DNA from: an uncultured Gammaproteobacteria bacterium
GTDB taxonomy: Bacteria; Patescibacteriota; Microgenomatia; Woykebacterales; RBG-16-39-9b
Length of the DNA: 64,000 nt
Assembly: GCA_964360785.1 (NCBI GenBank)
Contig: CAYHXX010000001.1
Coordinates: 412,264-476,263, forward strand
Direction: 5' to 3'
The notes under the pieces were generated by a model. It had not been told where the DNA came from, made no database searches, and saw only the letters and a program-made list of their open reading frames with translations. Shown here piece by piece: positions 45,213 to 55,269 of the stretch. The position numbers and the translations under genes were made by a program. Numbering within the stretch: position 1 is the first letter of the stretch; each line of letters begins with the position of its first letter.

Positions 45213-47600
45213 ATGACAAACATTATTTGGTTTAAAGACCTCACAATTGCTGACGTCCCAAATGTCGGCGGGAAAAACGCTTCACTAGGGGAAATGTATT
45301 CAAATTTAGTTAAAGAGGGGGTGAGTATCCCCAATGGCTTCGCCCTCACTGCCCAAGCTTACCAAAAATTCCTGGATGTAAATGGTTTGGAATATAAAAT
45401 CAGAGATATACTAAAAACATTAACCACCAAAAATCTCACTAACCTCCAAGACCACGGTCAAAAAATCAGACAACTAATCCGATCTGCAGAAATCCCAAAG
45501 GATATGGGGTCAGAAATTTTTGAGGCTTACCAAACCCTTTCAAAACAATTTGATTCTGAGAATACCGACGTCGCGGTTCGCTCTTCTGCAACAGCAGAGG
45601 ATCTGCCGGGCGCAAGTTTTGCCGGTCAACAAGCTTCTTTTTTAAATGTTGTCGGAAAAGAAAATTTACTTAAAGCAGTCAAGGAGTGTTTCGCTTCTCT
45701 TTTCACTGACCGAGCGATATCTTATCGTGAAGATCAAGGCTTTGATCATCTAAAAACTTATCTATCGGTTGGAATACAGAAAATGGTCCGTTCTGACAAA
45801 GCTAGTTCGGGCGTCATGTTTACACTGGACCCCAACACCGGTTTTGAAGGTGTTGTTGTACTAACTAGTACTTGGGGACTAGGTGAACTCATTGTCCAAG
45901 GCGAAGTTACTCCTGATGAGTTTCAAATATTTAAAGCTGGTTTAAAAAAAGGTCTTCCGGCAATCATCTCAAAAGTATTAGGTAGCAAAGAAAAAACGCT
46001 AATTTATGGTGAGGGTAGCAAAGCAACAAAATTAATACCAACCACACTGGAAAAACAGCATAGTTTTACTCTTACCGATGAGGAAATCTTAACTTTATCT
46101 AGATGGGGTGTAATTATCGAAGATCACTACCAAAAACCCATGGATATTGAATGGGCCAAGGACGGTGTTTCGGGAGAGCTTTTCATTGTCCAAGCCAGAC
46201 CAGAAACAATCCACGGTACTAAAAAGGTGAAGGAAATAAAGCATTACAAAATGAAAAAAACCACCGAACTAATCACGAAGGGTGCGGCTGTGGGAACAAA
46301 GATTGGCGAAGGAAAGGCCAGGATAATTGATGACCCTAGTGGGATCAAGACTTTTGAGGAAGGTGAGGTTTTGGTTACCAGAATGACCGATCCGGACTGG
46401 GAACCAATTATGAAAATCGCTTCGGCAATCGTTACCGATGAAGGTGGACGAACTTCACATGCCGCGATTGTCTCACGGGAACTCGGAATACCAGCAATTG
46501 TAGGAACAGGAAACGCGACTGAAAAGATTTCCAAAGGAGAATTGGTAACAGTTGATTGTTCCAGCGGCACTGATGGTTTTGTCTGGAAAGGAAAAACCGA
46601 CTGGGAAATTGAAACCTTTTCGTTTGAACACTTGGAAAAACCAAAAACTCACATTATGGTCAATATCGGCAGTCCTAACGAAGCCTACGAAGCTTCCTTT
46701 TTACCCAACGACGGAGTTGGTCTTGCCCGGGAAGAATTTATTATCGCTTCCCATATCAAAATCCACCCGCAAGCTCTGATCAATTTCGAGAAATTGGAAG
46801 ATGAAGCACTGAAAAATAAAATTGATAAACTAACCCGCGGTTACAAGGACAAGATTGATTTTTATACCCAAAAACTGGCCTCGGGAATTGCGCAAATTGG
46901 AGCCGCGTTCTACCCCAATCCAGTTATTGTCCGTTTTAGTGATTTCAAAACCAACGAATATGCCACCCTTCTTGGAGGCAAAGCATTTGAGCCAAAGGAA
47001 GAAAATCCAATGATTGGCTGGCGTGGTTCATCCCGCTACTATGATGATCGTTTTTCGCAGGCTTTTGGATTAGAATGCGCCGCCATAAAAATAGTTCGGG
47101 AAGAGTGGGGTGTTGAAAACGTAATTGTCATGGTTCCCTTCTGCCGAACCCCACAAGAAGGTGAACAAGTTTTAGAAACCATGAAAAAATACGGCCTTGA
47201 AAAAGGTCAAGCTGGTTTGAAAGTTTATATGATGGTCGAAATTCCCAGCAATGTCATCCAGGCCGAAGAATTTATCAAACTCTTTGATGGTTTTAGCATT
47301 GGCTCAAACGACCTGACCCAACTTACCTTAGGAATTGATCGGGACAATGCAGGGCTTTCCCACATCGCTAATGAGCGCAATGACTCGGTTAAAACTTTAA
47401 TTAGCCAGGTTATTAAAGTTGCCAAAGCACACCAAAAGTATATCGGGATTTGTGGACAAGCACCGAGTGACTATGAAGATTTTGCCCAATTTTTGGTCGA
47501 ACAAGGAATAAGTAGCATTTCACTAAACCCAGATACAGTTATAAAGACAACACTGGCAATACTTGATAAGGAAAAGAAACTAAAGCAATCTAGCAGTTAA
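45213..47600 (+). CDS. ppsA: Phosphoenolpyruvate synthase
   Basis: N-terminal VGGKNASLGEM, phosphohistidine domain GGRTSHAAIVSRELGIPAIVG, C-terminal PEP-utilising TIM barrel. 795 aa. Confidence 0.85.
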   Translation: MTNIIWFKDLTIADVPNVGGKNASLGEMYSNLVKEGVSIPNGFALTAQAYQKFLDVNGLEYKIRDILKTLTTKNLTNLQDHGQKIRQLIRSAEIPKDMGSEIFEAYQTLSKQFDSENTDVAVRSSATAEDLPGASFAGQQASFLNVVGKENLLKAVKECFASLFTDRAISYREDQGFDHLKTYLSVGIQKMVRSDKASSGVMFTLDPNTGFEGVVVLTSTWGLGELIVQGEVTPDEFQIFKAGLKKGLPAIISKVLGSKEKTLIYGEGSKATKLIPTTLEKQHSFTLTDEEILTLSRWGVIIEDHYQKPMDIEWAKDGVSGELFIVQARPETIHGTKKVKEIKHYKMKKTTELITKGAAVGTKIGEGKARIIDDPSGIKTFEEGEVLVTRMTDPDWEPIMKIASAIVTDEGGRTSHAAIVSRELGIPAIVGTGNATEKISKGELVTVDCSSGTDGFVWKGKTDWEIETFSFEHLEKPKTHIMVNIGSPNEAYEASFLPNDGVGLAREEFIIASHIKIHPQALINFEKLEDEALKNKIDKLTRGYKDKIDFYTQKLASGIAQIGAAFYPNPVIVRFSDFKTNEYATLLGGKAFEPKEENPMIGWRGSSRYYDDRFSQAFGLECAAIKIVREEWGVENVIVMVPFCRTPQEGEQVLETMKKYGLEKGQAGLKVYMMVEIPSNVIQAEEFIKLFDGFSIGSNDLTQLTLGIDRDNAGLSHIANERNDSVKTLISQVIKVAKAHQKYIGICGQAPSDYEDFAQFLVEQGISSISLNPDTVIKTTLAILDKEKKLKQSSS

Positions 47601-47651
47601 TATTTTTACCCATTTTTTACTAACCTTTTCGACTGTAATATAATAAAATTA

Positions 47652-48086
47652 ATGTCCAAACATTGGTTCGGCGTAAACCGTTACTGGGGTTGGTATCCCA
47701 CTTCTTGGGAAGGCTATGTTGTCTTGGTAGGAATGGTAGTCTCAATTGTCTCAACCGTATATATAGTCGACATAAAATCTCATTCCCTTTCTGATACCCT
47801 CATCGGCATTTTTCCATTTGTAAGTCTGACCATTGCTTTTACCATGCTCGTAGCCAGCCTGATGGGCATCTCACCAAAATTTGGTAAGGCAAACAAACAC
47901 CAAAGTAACTACTCGCCGGATTTGCCAAATGCATATCTTTTTCTTGCACTACTTGTTATTCCAGCAATTGCTTATTACCTAATCTTTAAAGAGTATGTCG
48001 GAGCGGCAGTTTTGCTTGTCGTTTTTCTTTTACTGTTTTTTGTTTACAAAAATCTGAGTAAAGCATCATCAGCTCCTTATAGCTAG
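47652..48086 (+). CDS. Hypothetical 4-TM membrane protein
   Basis: 144 aa, four hydrophobic helices. Confidence 0.45.
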   Translation: MSKHWFGVNRYWGWYPTSWEGYVVLVGMVVSIVSTVYIVDIKSHSLSDTLIGIFPFVSLTIAFTMLVASLMGISPKFGKANKHQSNYSPDLPNAYLFLALLVIPAIAYYLIFKEYVGAAVLLVVFLLLFFVYKNLSKASSAPYS

Positions 48087-48125
48087 GTTGACAGTCCCTA
48101 CAAACTAGCCTAAGATTTAGTTATT

Positions 48126-48590
48126 ATGGAAAATCAAATTGGCCCCAAGAAGTCTTTAATACCTCAGTTAGAAGATCTATTGGATCTTTATTTAGTAAAG
48201 AAAGCACCTTTTCAGCTCCCTCCTGGGGTAAAACAATTTATCGTCAACGTTGGTCCGTGGATTACTTTAGTTCTAATGATTTTATTGGCTCCAATAATTC
48301 TCGCGGCAATTGGTTTCTCGGCCTTCTTTCTGCCTGCAGCGGCAGTAACAAATGCAGGAATTGGAGTTTCCGTAATGATATCCTTGGTTGTGGCCATAGT
48401 CGAGCTTGGTTTCTACGCTTTGGCTTTACCAGGACTATTCAAGAAGTCAAAAACTGGCTGGAACTTTCTTTTTTATGCAACTCTGATTTCCGCAGTATAT
48501 AGCTTGGTGAGTATGGACATTTTGAGTCTGATAGTTGGAACCCTAATCAGTCTCTACATACTTTTCCAAATCAGATCTTACTACAAATAA
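48126..48590 (+). CDS. Hypothetical 4-TM membrane protein
   Basis: 154 aa, hydrophobic helices. Confidence 0.45.
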   Translation: MENQIGPKKSLIPQLEDLLDLYLVKKAPFQLPPGVKQFIVNVGPWITLVLMILLAPIILAAIGFSAFFLPAAAVTNAGIGVSVMISLVVAIVELGFYALALPGLFKKSKTGWNFLFYATLISAVYSLVSMDILSLIVGTLISLYILFQIRSYYK

Positions 48591-48599
48591 GATCAGTTT

Positions 48600-48797
48600 A
48601 TGTCTGAATACAATCAGTTCGATAGCCCCTGGGTCCGGATCAAAAATCTTAGCCCACTGGTTTGGGGTATTGTACTGATCTTGATTGCTGGAGGCCTTGC
48701 ACTTATCCCGATAGGATTCTTCCGCACACTTGCTATACTCCCACTTCTTGTCGGTGGGCTTTTTCTTTACCAAGCAATTTACAGAAACAAATACTAG
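48600..48797 (+). CDS. Small 2-TM membrane protein
   Basis: 65 aa. Starts 10 nt after the preceding gene. Confidence 0.35.
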   Translation: MSEYNQFDSPWVRIKNLSPLVWGIVLILIAGGLALIPIGFFRTLAILPLLVGGLFLYQAIYRNKY

Positions 48798-48881
48798 CCT
48801 CTTGCTTGTTTACTCAAACTTAAAAATAGTTTAAGATGGCTTCGGCCTTCCTTTTGCCCTGGAGAGACGGAGGAGAAACAC

Positions 48882-49478
48882 TTGCGAAGTACTCTCGTCT
48901 TCGGCGCTGCGGTGCTTACGGTCTTCATAACCGTGACAACTGCCTCAACACCGAACCCAAGAGTGGCTGGCGAAGGGGACTCAGAGTCTCTCAATTCTCA
49001 GCTGCTAACTGAAAGTGGGACGAGGACACAACCTGATTGGTTAGCTGTTTCGCCAACAGCGACGCTGTTCAGCCCAACCCCGTTTGTTTCAAGTCCTACT
49101 GCCACAGCAGTGGTAATCCTGGCGACTCCAACTATTGCACCGATTCCTGCACCAGAGCACCTGGCAGCAACAGTTGAACCTGGCAGTCCCATCGGAACTT
49201 TCCGCATTTCGTTCTATACCTGTGCGGAAAACCCGAACTGCCAAGATGGTTGGCCAACCGATGCCACCATCGCTACGGACCCGGCGCGAATCCCGCGGGG
49301 AGCTTGCGTCGTTATCGAGGGGATAGGCCAAAAGATCGTTGATGATGCTGGCGGTGGAATCAAAGGAGATCGAATCGACGTGTTCTTGCCAGCGGAACCA
49401 GGCGAAAGCATGGAATCAGTACACCAACGAGCTCTTGTACTCGGAGTAGTCTACCGAGACGTCTTTAGGTGTACATAG
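48882..49478 (+). CDS. 3D-domain (MltA-like Asp-Asp-Asp) protein with signal peptide; GC-rich, TTG start
   Basis: GGAGG 8 nt before the TTG. GACVVIEGIGQKIVDDAGGGIKGDRIDVFL is the 3D motif. Segment GC is roughly 55-60%. Confidence 0.6.
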   Translation: MRSTLVFGAAVLTVFITVTTASTPNPRVAGEGDSESLNSQLLTESGTRTQPDWLAVSPTATLFSPTPFVSSPTATAVVILATPTIAPIPAPEHLAATVEPGSPIGTFRISFYTCAENPNCQDGWPTDATIATDPARIPRGACVVIEGIGQKIVDDAGGGIKGDRIDVFLPAEPGESMESVHQRALVLGVVYRDVFRCT

Positions 49479-49506
49479 TCTAATCAAGAACTCTCTGGGG
49501 CACCTT

Positions 49507-49562
49507 GGGGATCGGACTGTGGTTAACAACTGCTTTTCGATCCCCTTCTTTTTTTCTTTTTT
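49507..49562 (+). terminator. Intrinsic terminator (GGGGATCG/CGATCCCC stem, long T-run)
   Basis: 8-bp stem followed by TTCTTTTTTTCTTTTTT. Confidence 0.55.
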
Positions 49563-49585
49563 ATGGAGATTTGAAGCGCAAAGTA

Positions 49586-50029
49586 TTATCGTTTTGGAGA
49601 TTGTTTGCGGGCTCGGGCTTTGCCGGCAAGACCGTACTTGCGACGTTCTTTAACCCGACTATCACGTGTCAGAAGTTTTCTTTTTGCCAAAGGAGAACGG
49701 AAAGTTTCATCAAACTCTAAGAGTGCTCGGGAGATACCATGAACCACTGCTGCCGCTTGTGAAGCTACTCCCCCACCAACAACTTTTATAGTTCCAGAAA
49801 TTTGACCGATTCGGTTAACAACTCGAAAAGGCTCTTCCAAATATTTTCTGTCCGTCATATACGCAAAATACTCTTCCATAGGTTTATCGTTTACAAGAAT
49901 TGGGCCTTTTTCTAGTTTCAACCACACTCTTGCAACGGACTGCTTTCGGCGACCTACTCCACGATAGGTTGGACTGGTTTTTGCGGTTTTCTTTACTTTA
50001 GGTTCTTCTTTTTCGACTTCTGCTTTCAT
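49586..50029 (-). CDS. rpsI: 30S ribosomal protein S9 (Lys-rich N-terminal extension)
   Basis: YRGVGRRKQSVARVWL; C-terminal RKYGLAGKARARKQSPKR. Confidence 0.85.
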   Translation of the reverse strand: MKAEVEKEEPKVKKTAKTSPTYRGVGRRKQSVARVWLKLEKGPILVNDKPMEEYFAYMTDRKYLEEPFRVVNRIGQISGTIKVVGGGVASQAAAVVHGISRALLEFDETFRSPLAKRKLLTRDSRVKERRKYGLAGKARARKQSPKR

Positions 50030-50031
50030 AT

Positions 50032-50538
50032 TTAAATCTTTATCTCTTCTAATTTCTGAGCTTCATGTGGGTGAACTTCTCCCGGATAAACATAAAGCTT
50101 CTTAATAATCTGTTTTCCCAACTTTGTTTTCGGCAGCATTCCTGAGACTGAATGCCGAATAATTTCCTCTGGTTTTTCTACTCTCAATGTTTTCAGAGAC
50201 CTTACTTTCAAACCTCCAGGATAACCTGAATAGCGGTAATAGTTCTTCTGGTCTTCTTTTCTGCCGGTTGAAGAAACTTTGGCTGCGTTTATCACTACTA
50301 CGTAATCCCCACTATCCTTATAAGGAAGAAACTCGACTTTACTCTTGCCCAAAAGCATAGTAGCGATCTTGGTAGACATCCGTCCAATTATCTTTCCTCT
50401 CGCATCAATCAAAAACCATTTCTTCGCTGGTTCTGTCTTTGGCGCTTTTGCCTTTGCCTTTTCTTTAGTTTCTTTGTTTTGCCCCTTCATTTTGGTTTCC
50501 GAAAGAGCACTCTTTGGAGTTTTACTTTGCTTTTGCAT
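50032..50538 (-). CDS. rplM: 50S ribosomal protein L13
   Basis: KWFLIDARGKIIGRMSTKIATMLLGKSK. Confidence 0.85.
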   Translation of the reverse strand: MQKQSKTPKSALSETKMKGQNKETKEKAKAKAPKTEPAKKWFLIDARGKIIGRMSTKIATMLLGKSKVEFLPYKDSGDYVVVINAAKVSSTGRKEDQKNYYRYSGYPGGLKVRSLKTLRVEKPEEIIRHSVSGMLPKTKLGKQIIKKLYVYPGEVHPHEAQKLEEIKI

Positions 50539-51049
50539 CTTTGTCCTTCGGAGTTTTGTTATTTAAAACCTTCTTTACCCTTTTCTTAGTTTCTATTTTT
50601 GTAACTTTTGCGTCTGTTTCTTTCTTGGGAGGTTTTTCCTCAGTTGTTTTCTCTTCTTCGGAAGCTTTGACTTTTGCGAGAGCGATGCTACTGAAATCCT
50701 CAACAAACATCAAACTTACCATCTTGGCCTGATCCCCTAGCCGTGATCCAATTCTAACAATACGGAGATAACCACCAGACCTATCTTTGAATTTTGGACC
50801 AACAACTTCAAGCAATTTTCTGACGACGTTTTCTGAACCAATCTCTTTTAAAAGCAATCTTCGACTGTGAAGTGAATCGCTTTTGGCTCGAGTAACTAGC
50901 TTTTCAATCATCGGTTTGACTGCCTTTGCCTTTGCTTCAGTAGTCGTAATCTTTTCATGCAGGATCAAAGAGGAAGCGAGTCCTTTGAATAAGGCGGTGC
51001 GCTGGTTCTTTGTTCGTCCGAGTTTTTTTCCTGCAATTCTGTGCAACAT
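50522..51049 (-). CDS. rplQ: 50S ribosomal protein L17 (Lys-rich C-terminal extension)
   Basis: MLHRIAGKKLGRTKNQRTALFKGLASSLILHEKITTT. Confidence 0.85.
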   Translation of the reverse strand: MLHRIAGKKLGRTKNQRTALFKGLASSLILHEKITTTEAKAKAVKPMIEKLVTRAKSDSLHSRRLLLKEIGSENVVRKLLEVVGPKFKDRSGGYLRIVRIGSRLGDQAKMVSLMFVEDFSSIALAKVKASEEEKTTEEKPPKKETDAKVTKIETKKRVKKVLNNKTPKDKDAKAK

Positions 51050-51957
51050 TATTCCTTCAAAAGTCCTTTCTCACGAAGTTTCTCTTCTATATCTGAGAGT
51101 GACTTTGCTCCCATATTTTTAAGTTTTACTAAGTCTTCTTTTGGTGCGTTGAGCAAATCATCAATTGTTTCAATTCCAGAATTTTTCAAGGAATTTGTGA
51201 TTCTTGTGGCGAGCTCAAGTTCTTCGATTGTTGCCGCTTTATCAATCTTTGGCTTGGCTTCACTTTCTTCTTTTTCTTTCTTGGGAGCCTTCTTTTGCTC
51301 AACTAGAACGTTGAAGTAGTCTGTGAGAATCTTTGATGCTTGTTTGATAGATTCTGCAGGCGTGACCGTACCATCGGTAACTATGTCAAAGACCAACTTG
51401 TCAAAGTTGGTTATTTGTCCAACACGAGTAGCTTCAACACGATAGTTTACCTTAACTACTGGTGTAAAGTTAGCATCCAAAGGAATGGTGCCAATACCAA
51501 GACCACGTCTACCCTCAACACTTGTGTAACCAACACCTTTTTCAGCCGCCATCTCGACTTCAAGTTTTGACTTGTTATCAGAAAGCGAAGCGATCAACTG
51601 GTCAGGGTTTGTAACTTTGACTCCTGCCGGTACCTTTATATCTGAAGCCTTAACTTCTTTTGGCCCTTTTTCATCAATACTAAGTTTGATCTCTTTGTCT
51701 GTGTCGACTTGCAATCGAACTTTTTTCAAATTCAAAAGAATTTGGACGACGTCTTCTTTTACACCCTTGATTGTGGAGTACTCATGGGCTGCACCAGCAA
51801 TCTTGGCTTGGGTAATAGCAGCACCTTCCAAGGAAGATAGAAGAACTCTTCGCAAGGCGTTGCCAAGAGTCATACCAAAACCCTGTGGAAGCGGCTCGAT
51901 AATAATTGAGCCTTCTGAGTTGCCACCGCTGTGGCTAATTTTAACCTGATCTACCAT
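51049..51957 (-). CDS. rpoA: DNA-directed RNA polymerase subunit alpha
   Basis: GFGMTLGNALRRVLLSSLEGAA, plus C-terminal alpha-CTD helix-hairpin-helix. Confidence 0.9.
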   Translation of the reverse strand: MVDQVKISHSGGNSEGSIIIEPLPQGFGMTLGNALRRVLLSSLEGAAITQAKIAGAAHEYSTIKGVKEDVVQILLNLKKVRLQVDTDKEIKLSIDEKGPKEVKASDIKVPAGVKVTNPDQLIASLSDNKSKLEVEMAAEKGVGYTSVEGRRGLGIGTIPLDANFTPVVKVNYRVEATRVGQITNFDKLVFDIVTDGTVTPAESIKQASKILTDYFNVLVEQKKAPKKEKEESEAKPKIDKAATIEELELATRITNSLKNSGIETIDDLLNAPKEDLVKLKNMGAKSLSDIEEKLREKGLLKE

Positions 51958-52068
51958 TTTAATTTATTCCTCCTAGCCCAATCTAAAGTAGGCTATTTAT
52001 TAATTACTTTCTTTATTCTAAACAAGCTCTGCAGCCTAACGGCTGTAGAACTCTGCAAGCTCTGCTCG

Positions 52069-52692
52069 CTATCGCGAGTAGAACTCGACAATTGCTTGCT
52101 CGTTAATTTCTGAAGCTATTTCTTCTCGCTCTGGCAAACGTGCAAGCTTACCTACCAGTGCTTTTCTTTCCACCCATTCTGGAAGTTTGATATCTTCTGA
52201 ACTAGCTTCTTTTACAAAAATAAAATTGTTGGCTTTACTATTTAAGCTTATCACGTCACCGACTTTGACTGAATATGAAGGTATATTTACCTTCTTTGCG
52301 TTTACCAGAACATGACCATGGGAAGTAAGTTGTCTTGCCTGAGCTCTAGAATAGGTCAAACCCAAACGGTAAACAATATTATCAAGTCTGCTCTCTAAAA
52401 GCTGCAACAAAGTTTCTCCAGTTGCACCTTTTTGTTTAGCTGCTTTTTGATAGTAACGACGAAACTGCTTCTCCAAAACTCCATAGATTCTTTTTACCTT
52501 CTGCTTTTCCCGAAGTTGGAATCCATAATCTGATACCTTTTTCCCAGCAATCTTTTGACCGTGTTGTCCTGGAGGAACCGCCCCTTTTTTGTTTAACGGG
52601 TGTTTTTGGGAAGCGCTGCGCTTACCCTTTAGCATCAAGTTTGTGCCTTCACGTCGGTCCAACCTAAATTTTGGTCCCGTATATCTTGCCAT
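52069..52692 (-). CDS. rpsD: 30S ribosomal protein S4
   Basis: [16 protein letters not shown]. Confidence 0.9.
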   Translation of the reverse strand: MARYTGPKFRLDRREGTNLMLKGKRSASQKHPLNKKGAVPPGQHGQKIAGKKVSDYGFQLREKQKVKRIYGVLEKQFRRYYQKAAKQKGATGETLLQLLESRLDNIVYRLGLTYSRAQARQLTSHGHVLVNAKKVNIPSYSVKVGDVISLNSKANNFIFVKEASSEDIKLPEWVERKALVGKLARLPEREEIASEINEQAIVEFYSR

Positions 52693-53069
52693 TAAGCTCT
52701 CCTTCGCTTTCTTGGTCTCGGACCGTTGTGGGGAATTGGCGTTACATCGGCAATTGCCCTAATAGAGAGACCAGTGTTCTTCAAAGCTCTGATTGAAGCA
52801 TCCCGACCAGATCCCGGACCTTTTATATAAACCTCTACTTCTCGTAAACCCCTTTCCATAAGTCTTCTAGCCAAACCCTCTACTGCTGTTGTCGCTGCAT
52901 AAGGAGTGGATTTCCTGGCCCCTTTGAAACCAACTGCACCGGAACTACTCCAACCCAAAGTGTTACCTTTGGAGTCTGTAATAGTAACTAAGGTGTTGTT
53001 GAAAGTTGCACTTACGTACACTTTTCCGGTTGTTACTTCTTTTGCAGTTGTTTGTTTTTTATTTTGCAT
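52692..53069 (-). CDS. rpsK: 30S ribosomal protein S11
   Basis: [28 protein letters not shown]. Confidence 0.9.
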   Translation of the reverse strand: MQNKKQTTAKEVTTGKVYVSATFNNTLVTITDSKGNTLGWSSSGAVGFKGARKSTPYAATTAVEGLARRLMERGLREVEVYIKGPGSGRDASIRALKNTGLSIRAIADVTPIPHNGPRPRKRRRA

Positions 53070-53071
53070 TT

Positions 53072-53494
53072 TTATTTACTTGCGGCAGCTTGATCTTTTT
53101 GCGCAGCCACTTCCATTTTTTGAGCCACTTCTTTCTTAATAGCACCGACGGTCATTCTCTTACCACGTTTTGTACGTGCGTTACTTCTAGTTCTTTGTCC
53201 TCGAGCTGGCAGGTTCTTGCGATGACGTAATCCACGATAAGTTCCAATCTCTTCCAAACGTCGGATGTTTTGTTGAACTACTCTACGAAGATCTCCTTCA
53301 ATTATTAGATCGTCAGCAGCTTTCTGAAGCTTTGAAACTTCCGCTTCAGTCAAATCCTTGACTCTTTTATCAGGATCTACTTTTGTCTCAGTAAGTAGTT
53401 TTTCTGACAAAGTCCTACCAATCCCGTAAACATAGGGGAGAGCAAAAAGTATTTTCTTGTTTGCCGGTAGTTCAATTCCAGATATTCTAGCCAT
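53072..53494 (-). CDS. rpsM: 30S ribosomal protein S13
   Basis: [15 protein letters not shown]. Confidence 0.9.
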   Translation of the reverse strand: MARISGIELPANKKILFALPYVYGIGRTLSEKLLTETKVDPDKRVKDLTEAEVSKLQKAADDLIIEGDLRRVVQQNIRRLEEIGTYRGLRHRKNLPARGQRTRSNARTKRGKRMTVGAIKKEVAQKMEVAAQKDQAAASK

Positions 53495-53572
53495 AATTGT
53501 TTCTTAACAAATATATCGTGCGCATATTGATTTCATAATTTTTCAAAATTTCCTTTAGCACGCTATTTTTTT

Positions 53573-53686
53573 TTAACCTTGCCTTTGCTTGTGGCGAGGG
53601 TTCTCACAAATCACGTAAAGAACACCTCGTCTTTTGACGACTTTACATTTCATGCAACGTCTCTTGATTGATGCTTGTACTTTCAT
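53573..53686 (-). CDS. rpmJ: 50S ribosomal protein L36
   Basis: [37 protein letters not shown]. 37 aa, so missing from the ORF track. Confidence 0.85.
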   Translation of the reverse strand: MKVQASIKRRCMKCKVVKRRGVLYVICENPRHKQRQG

Positions 53687-53713
53687 AAATTCCTATTTAT
53701 ACGCTTCGTAAAA

Positions 53714-53950
53714 TTACCTTTCTCTGTAAACAATTCTACCTTTGGTCAGGTCATAGGGACTAATTTCTAGCTTTACTTTGTCTCCTGGCAATATTCGGAT
53801 GTAATTCATCCGCAGCTTGCCTGCCAAGTGACAAAGAATAGTACTGCCGGCTAAACCTTCCGGAGCAGCCTTATCAATTTCTACCCGAAATTGGGTGTTT
53901 GGCAGATTTTCCAAAACTTTTCCATTTACTTCAATGTTATCTTCTGGCAT
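53714..53950 (-). CDS. infA: Translation initiation factor IF-1
   Basis: S1-like fold [17 protein letters not shown]...[24 protein letters not shown]. Confidence 0.9.
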   Translation of the reverse strand: MPEDNIEVNGKVLENLPNTQFRVEIDKAAPEGLAGSTILCHLAGKLRMNYIRILPGDKVKLEISPYDLTKGRIVYRER

Positions 53951-54004
53951 TTCTATCTTTTTATATCAAAATATATCAACGTCAACGGCCGTAATTTTAA
54001 CAAA

Positions 54005-54775
54005 TTACTGCTCAGACGTCAACACTACAGGCCCTTTTTTTGTTATGGCGATTGTTCTTTCGAAAAGCCCTGCTAGACTACCATCTTTGGAGGCAATTGT
54101 CCAGCCGTCATCAAGTAGCATTATGCCTGGTTTTCCTAGGTTGTAAATGATTTCAACTGCAATCACCATACCCTCTTGCAGCAATTCCCCGGCACCTTTT
54201 TTACCTTTACCTGGGATCATTGGTTCTTCGTGAAGTACTTTCCCAACCCCATGACCAACAAGCTCTTTCACAACTGAATAGCCCCCACCCTCGACAATTG
54301 ACTGGATTTTGTTGCTTATGTCCCCAACTCTATTTCCGGGTTTTGCTTGTTTAATAGCTTCCCAAAGTGCTTTCTTGCCTGTCTCAAGAAATTTTCTGGT
54401 TTCTTTTGAAACAGTGCCGATGATAAATGTCTCGGCCATGTCTGAATTATAATCTTTGTAAAGTGCTCCGAGATCTATCCCAACTATATCGCCATCTTTC
54501 AACCGATAACCATCGGGTATCCCGTGTACAACTGCGTCGTTTGGAGTAGTGCAGATACTGTACTTATATTTCTCTACTTTTTTGAAAGCGCTATCTGCTC
54601 CGTGTTCTTTAAAGACTTTCTCAACTATTCTGTCTATCTCAAGAGTGCTAATACCAGGTTTGAGGTGTTTTTCTACCTCTTTCATGGCCAAGGCACTAAT
54701 TCTACCCGCCTCACGCATTATTTGAATTTCCTTTTCAGTTTTTAAGTAGCTCATCAATGTTCTTTCTAACCTCAT
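54005..54775 (-). CDS. map: Methionine aminopeptidase type I
   Basis: Pita-bread fold with metal ligands (D...D...H...E...E). Confidence 0.85.
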   Translation of the reverse strand: MRLERTLMSYLKTEKEIQIMREAGRISALAMKEVEKHLKPGISTLEIDRIVEKVFKEHGADSAFKKVEKYKYSICTTPNDAVVHGIPDGYRLKDGDIVGIDLGALYKDYNSDMAETFIIGTVSKETRKFLETGKKALWEAIKQAKPGNRVGDISNKIQSIVEGGGYSVVKELVGHGVGKVLHEEPMIPGKGKKGAGELLQEGMVIAVEIIYNLGKPGIMLLDDGWTIASKDGSLAGLFERTIAITKKGPVVLTSEQ

Positions 54776-55268
54776 CTTCAGTTGGAGAATTGTCTATATC
54801 GACTATCCTTATACCATTGGATTTGTAATAATCAATCAAAGGTACTGTATTCTCCTTATGCCACTCAATACGGTTTTTTATCGCCTGCTCAGAATCATCG
54901 TGTCTCCCACGATTCAAGAGTCTCTTTAACGCTTCGTCTTCATTCAGACTCACTATTATTACTAGATCAACCTTGTGACGAAATAGTTTTTCTTGTGTTA
55001 AGTTTCGCGGTGCTCCGTCTAAAACAAAACCTTCAGCCATGTCTTTCTCATTCAAACGCTCATTTATTATCTTCATTGTTTGCTCATCGGAGACAAACCT
55101 GCCTTGATCAATTAACGATTTGACTAGTCTACCTGTTTCTGAGTCTTCCTCGCGCAATTTCCGAAAAATGTCGCCGGTAGAAACAAAGGGCACACCAAAT
55201 TTGTCGGCAATATACTTTCCGATTGTACTTTTACCTGAGCCTTGAATTCCAAAAAGAAGAGTTTTCAT
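54735..55268 (-). CDS. adk: Adenylate kinase, short-LID form
   Basis: P-loop GIQGSGKST. 177 aa with no zinc LID insertion. Confidence 0.85.
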   Translation of the reverse strand: MKTLLFGIQGSGKSTIGKYIADKFGVPFVSTGDIFRKLREEDSETGRLVKSLIDQGRFVSDEQTMKIINERLNEKDMAEGFVLDGAPRNLTQEKLFRHKVDLVIIVSLNEDEALKRLLNRGRHDDSEQAIKNRIEWHKENTVPLIDYYKSNGIRIVDIDNSPTEDEVRKNIDELLKN

Positions 55269-55269
55269 C

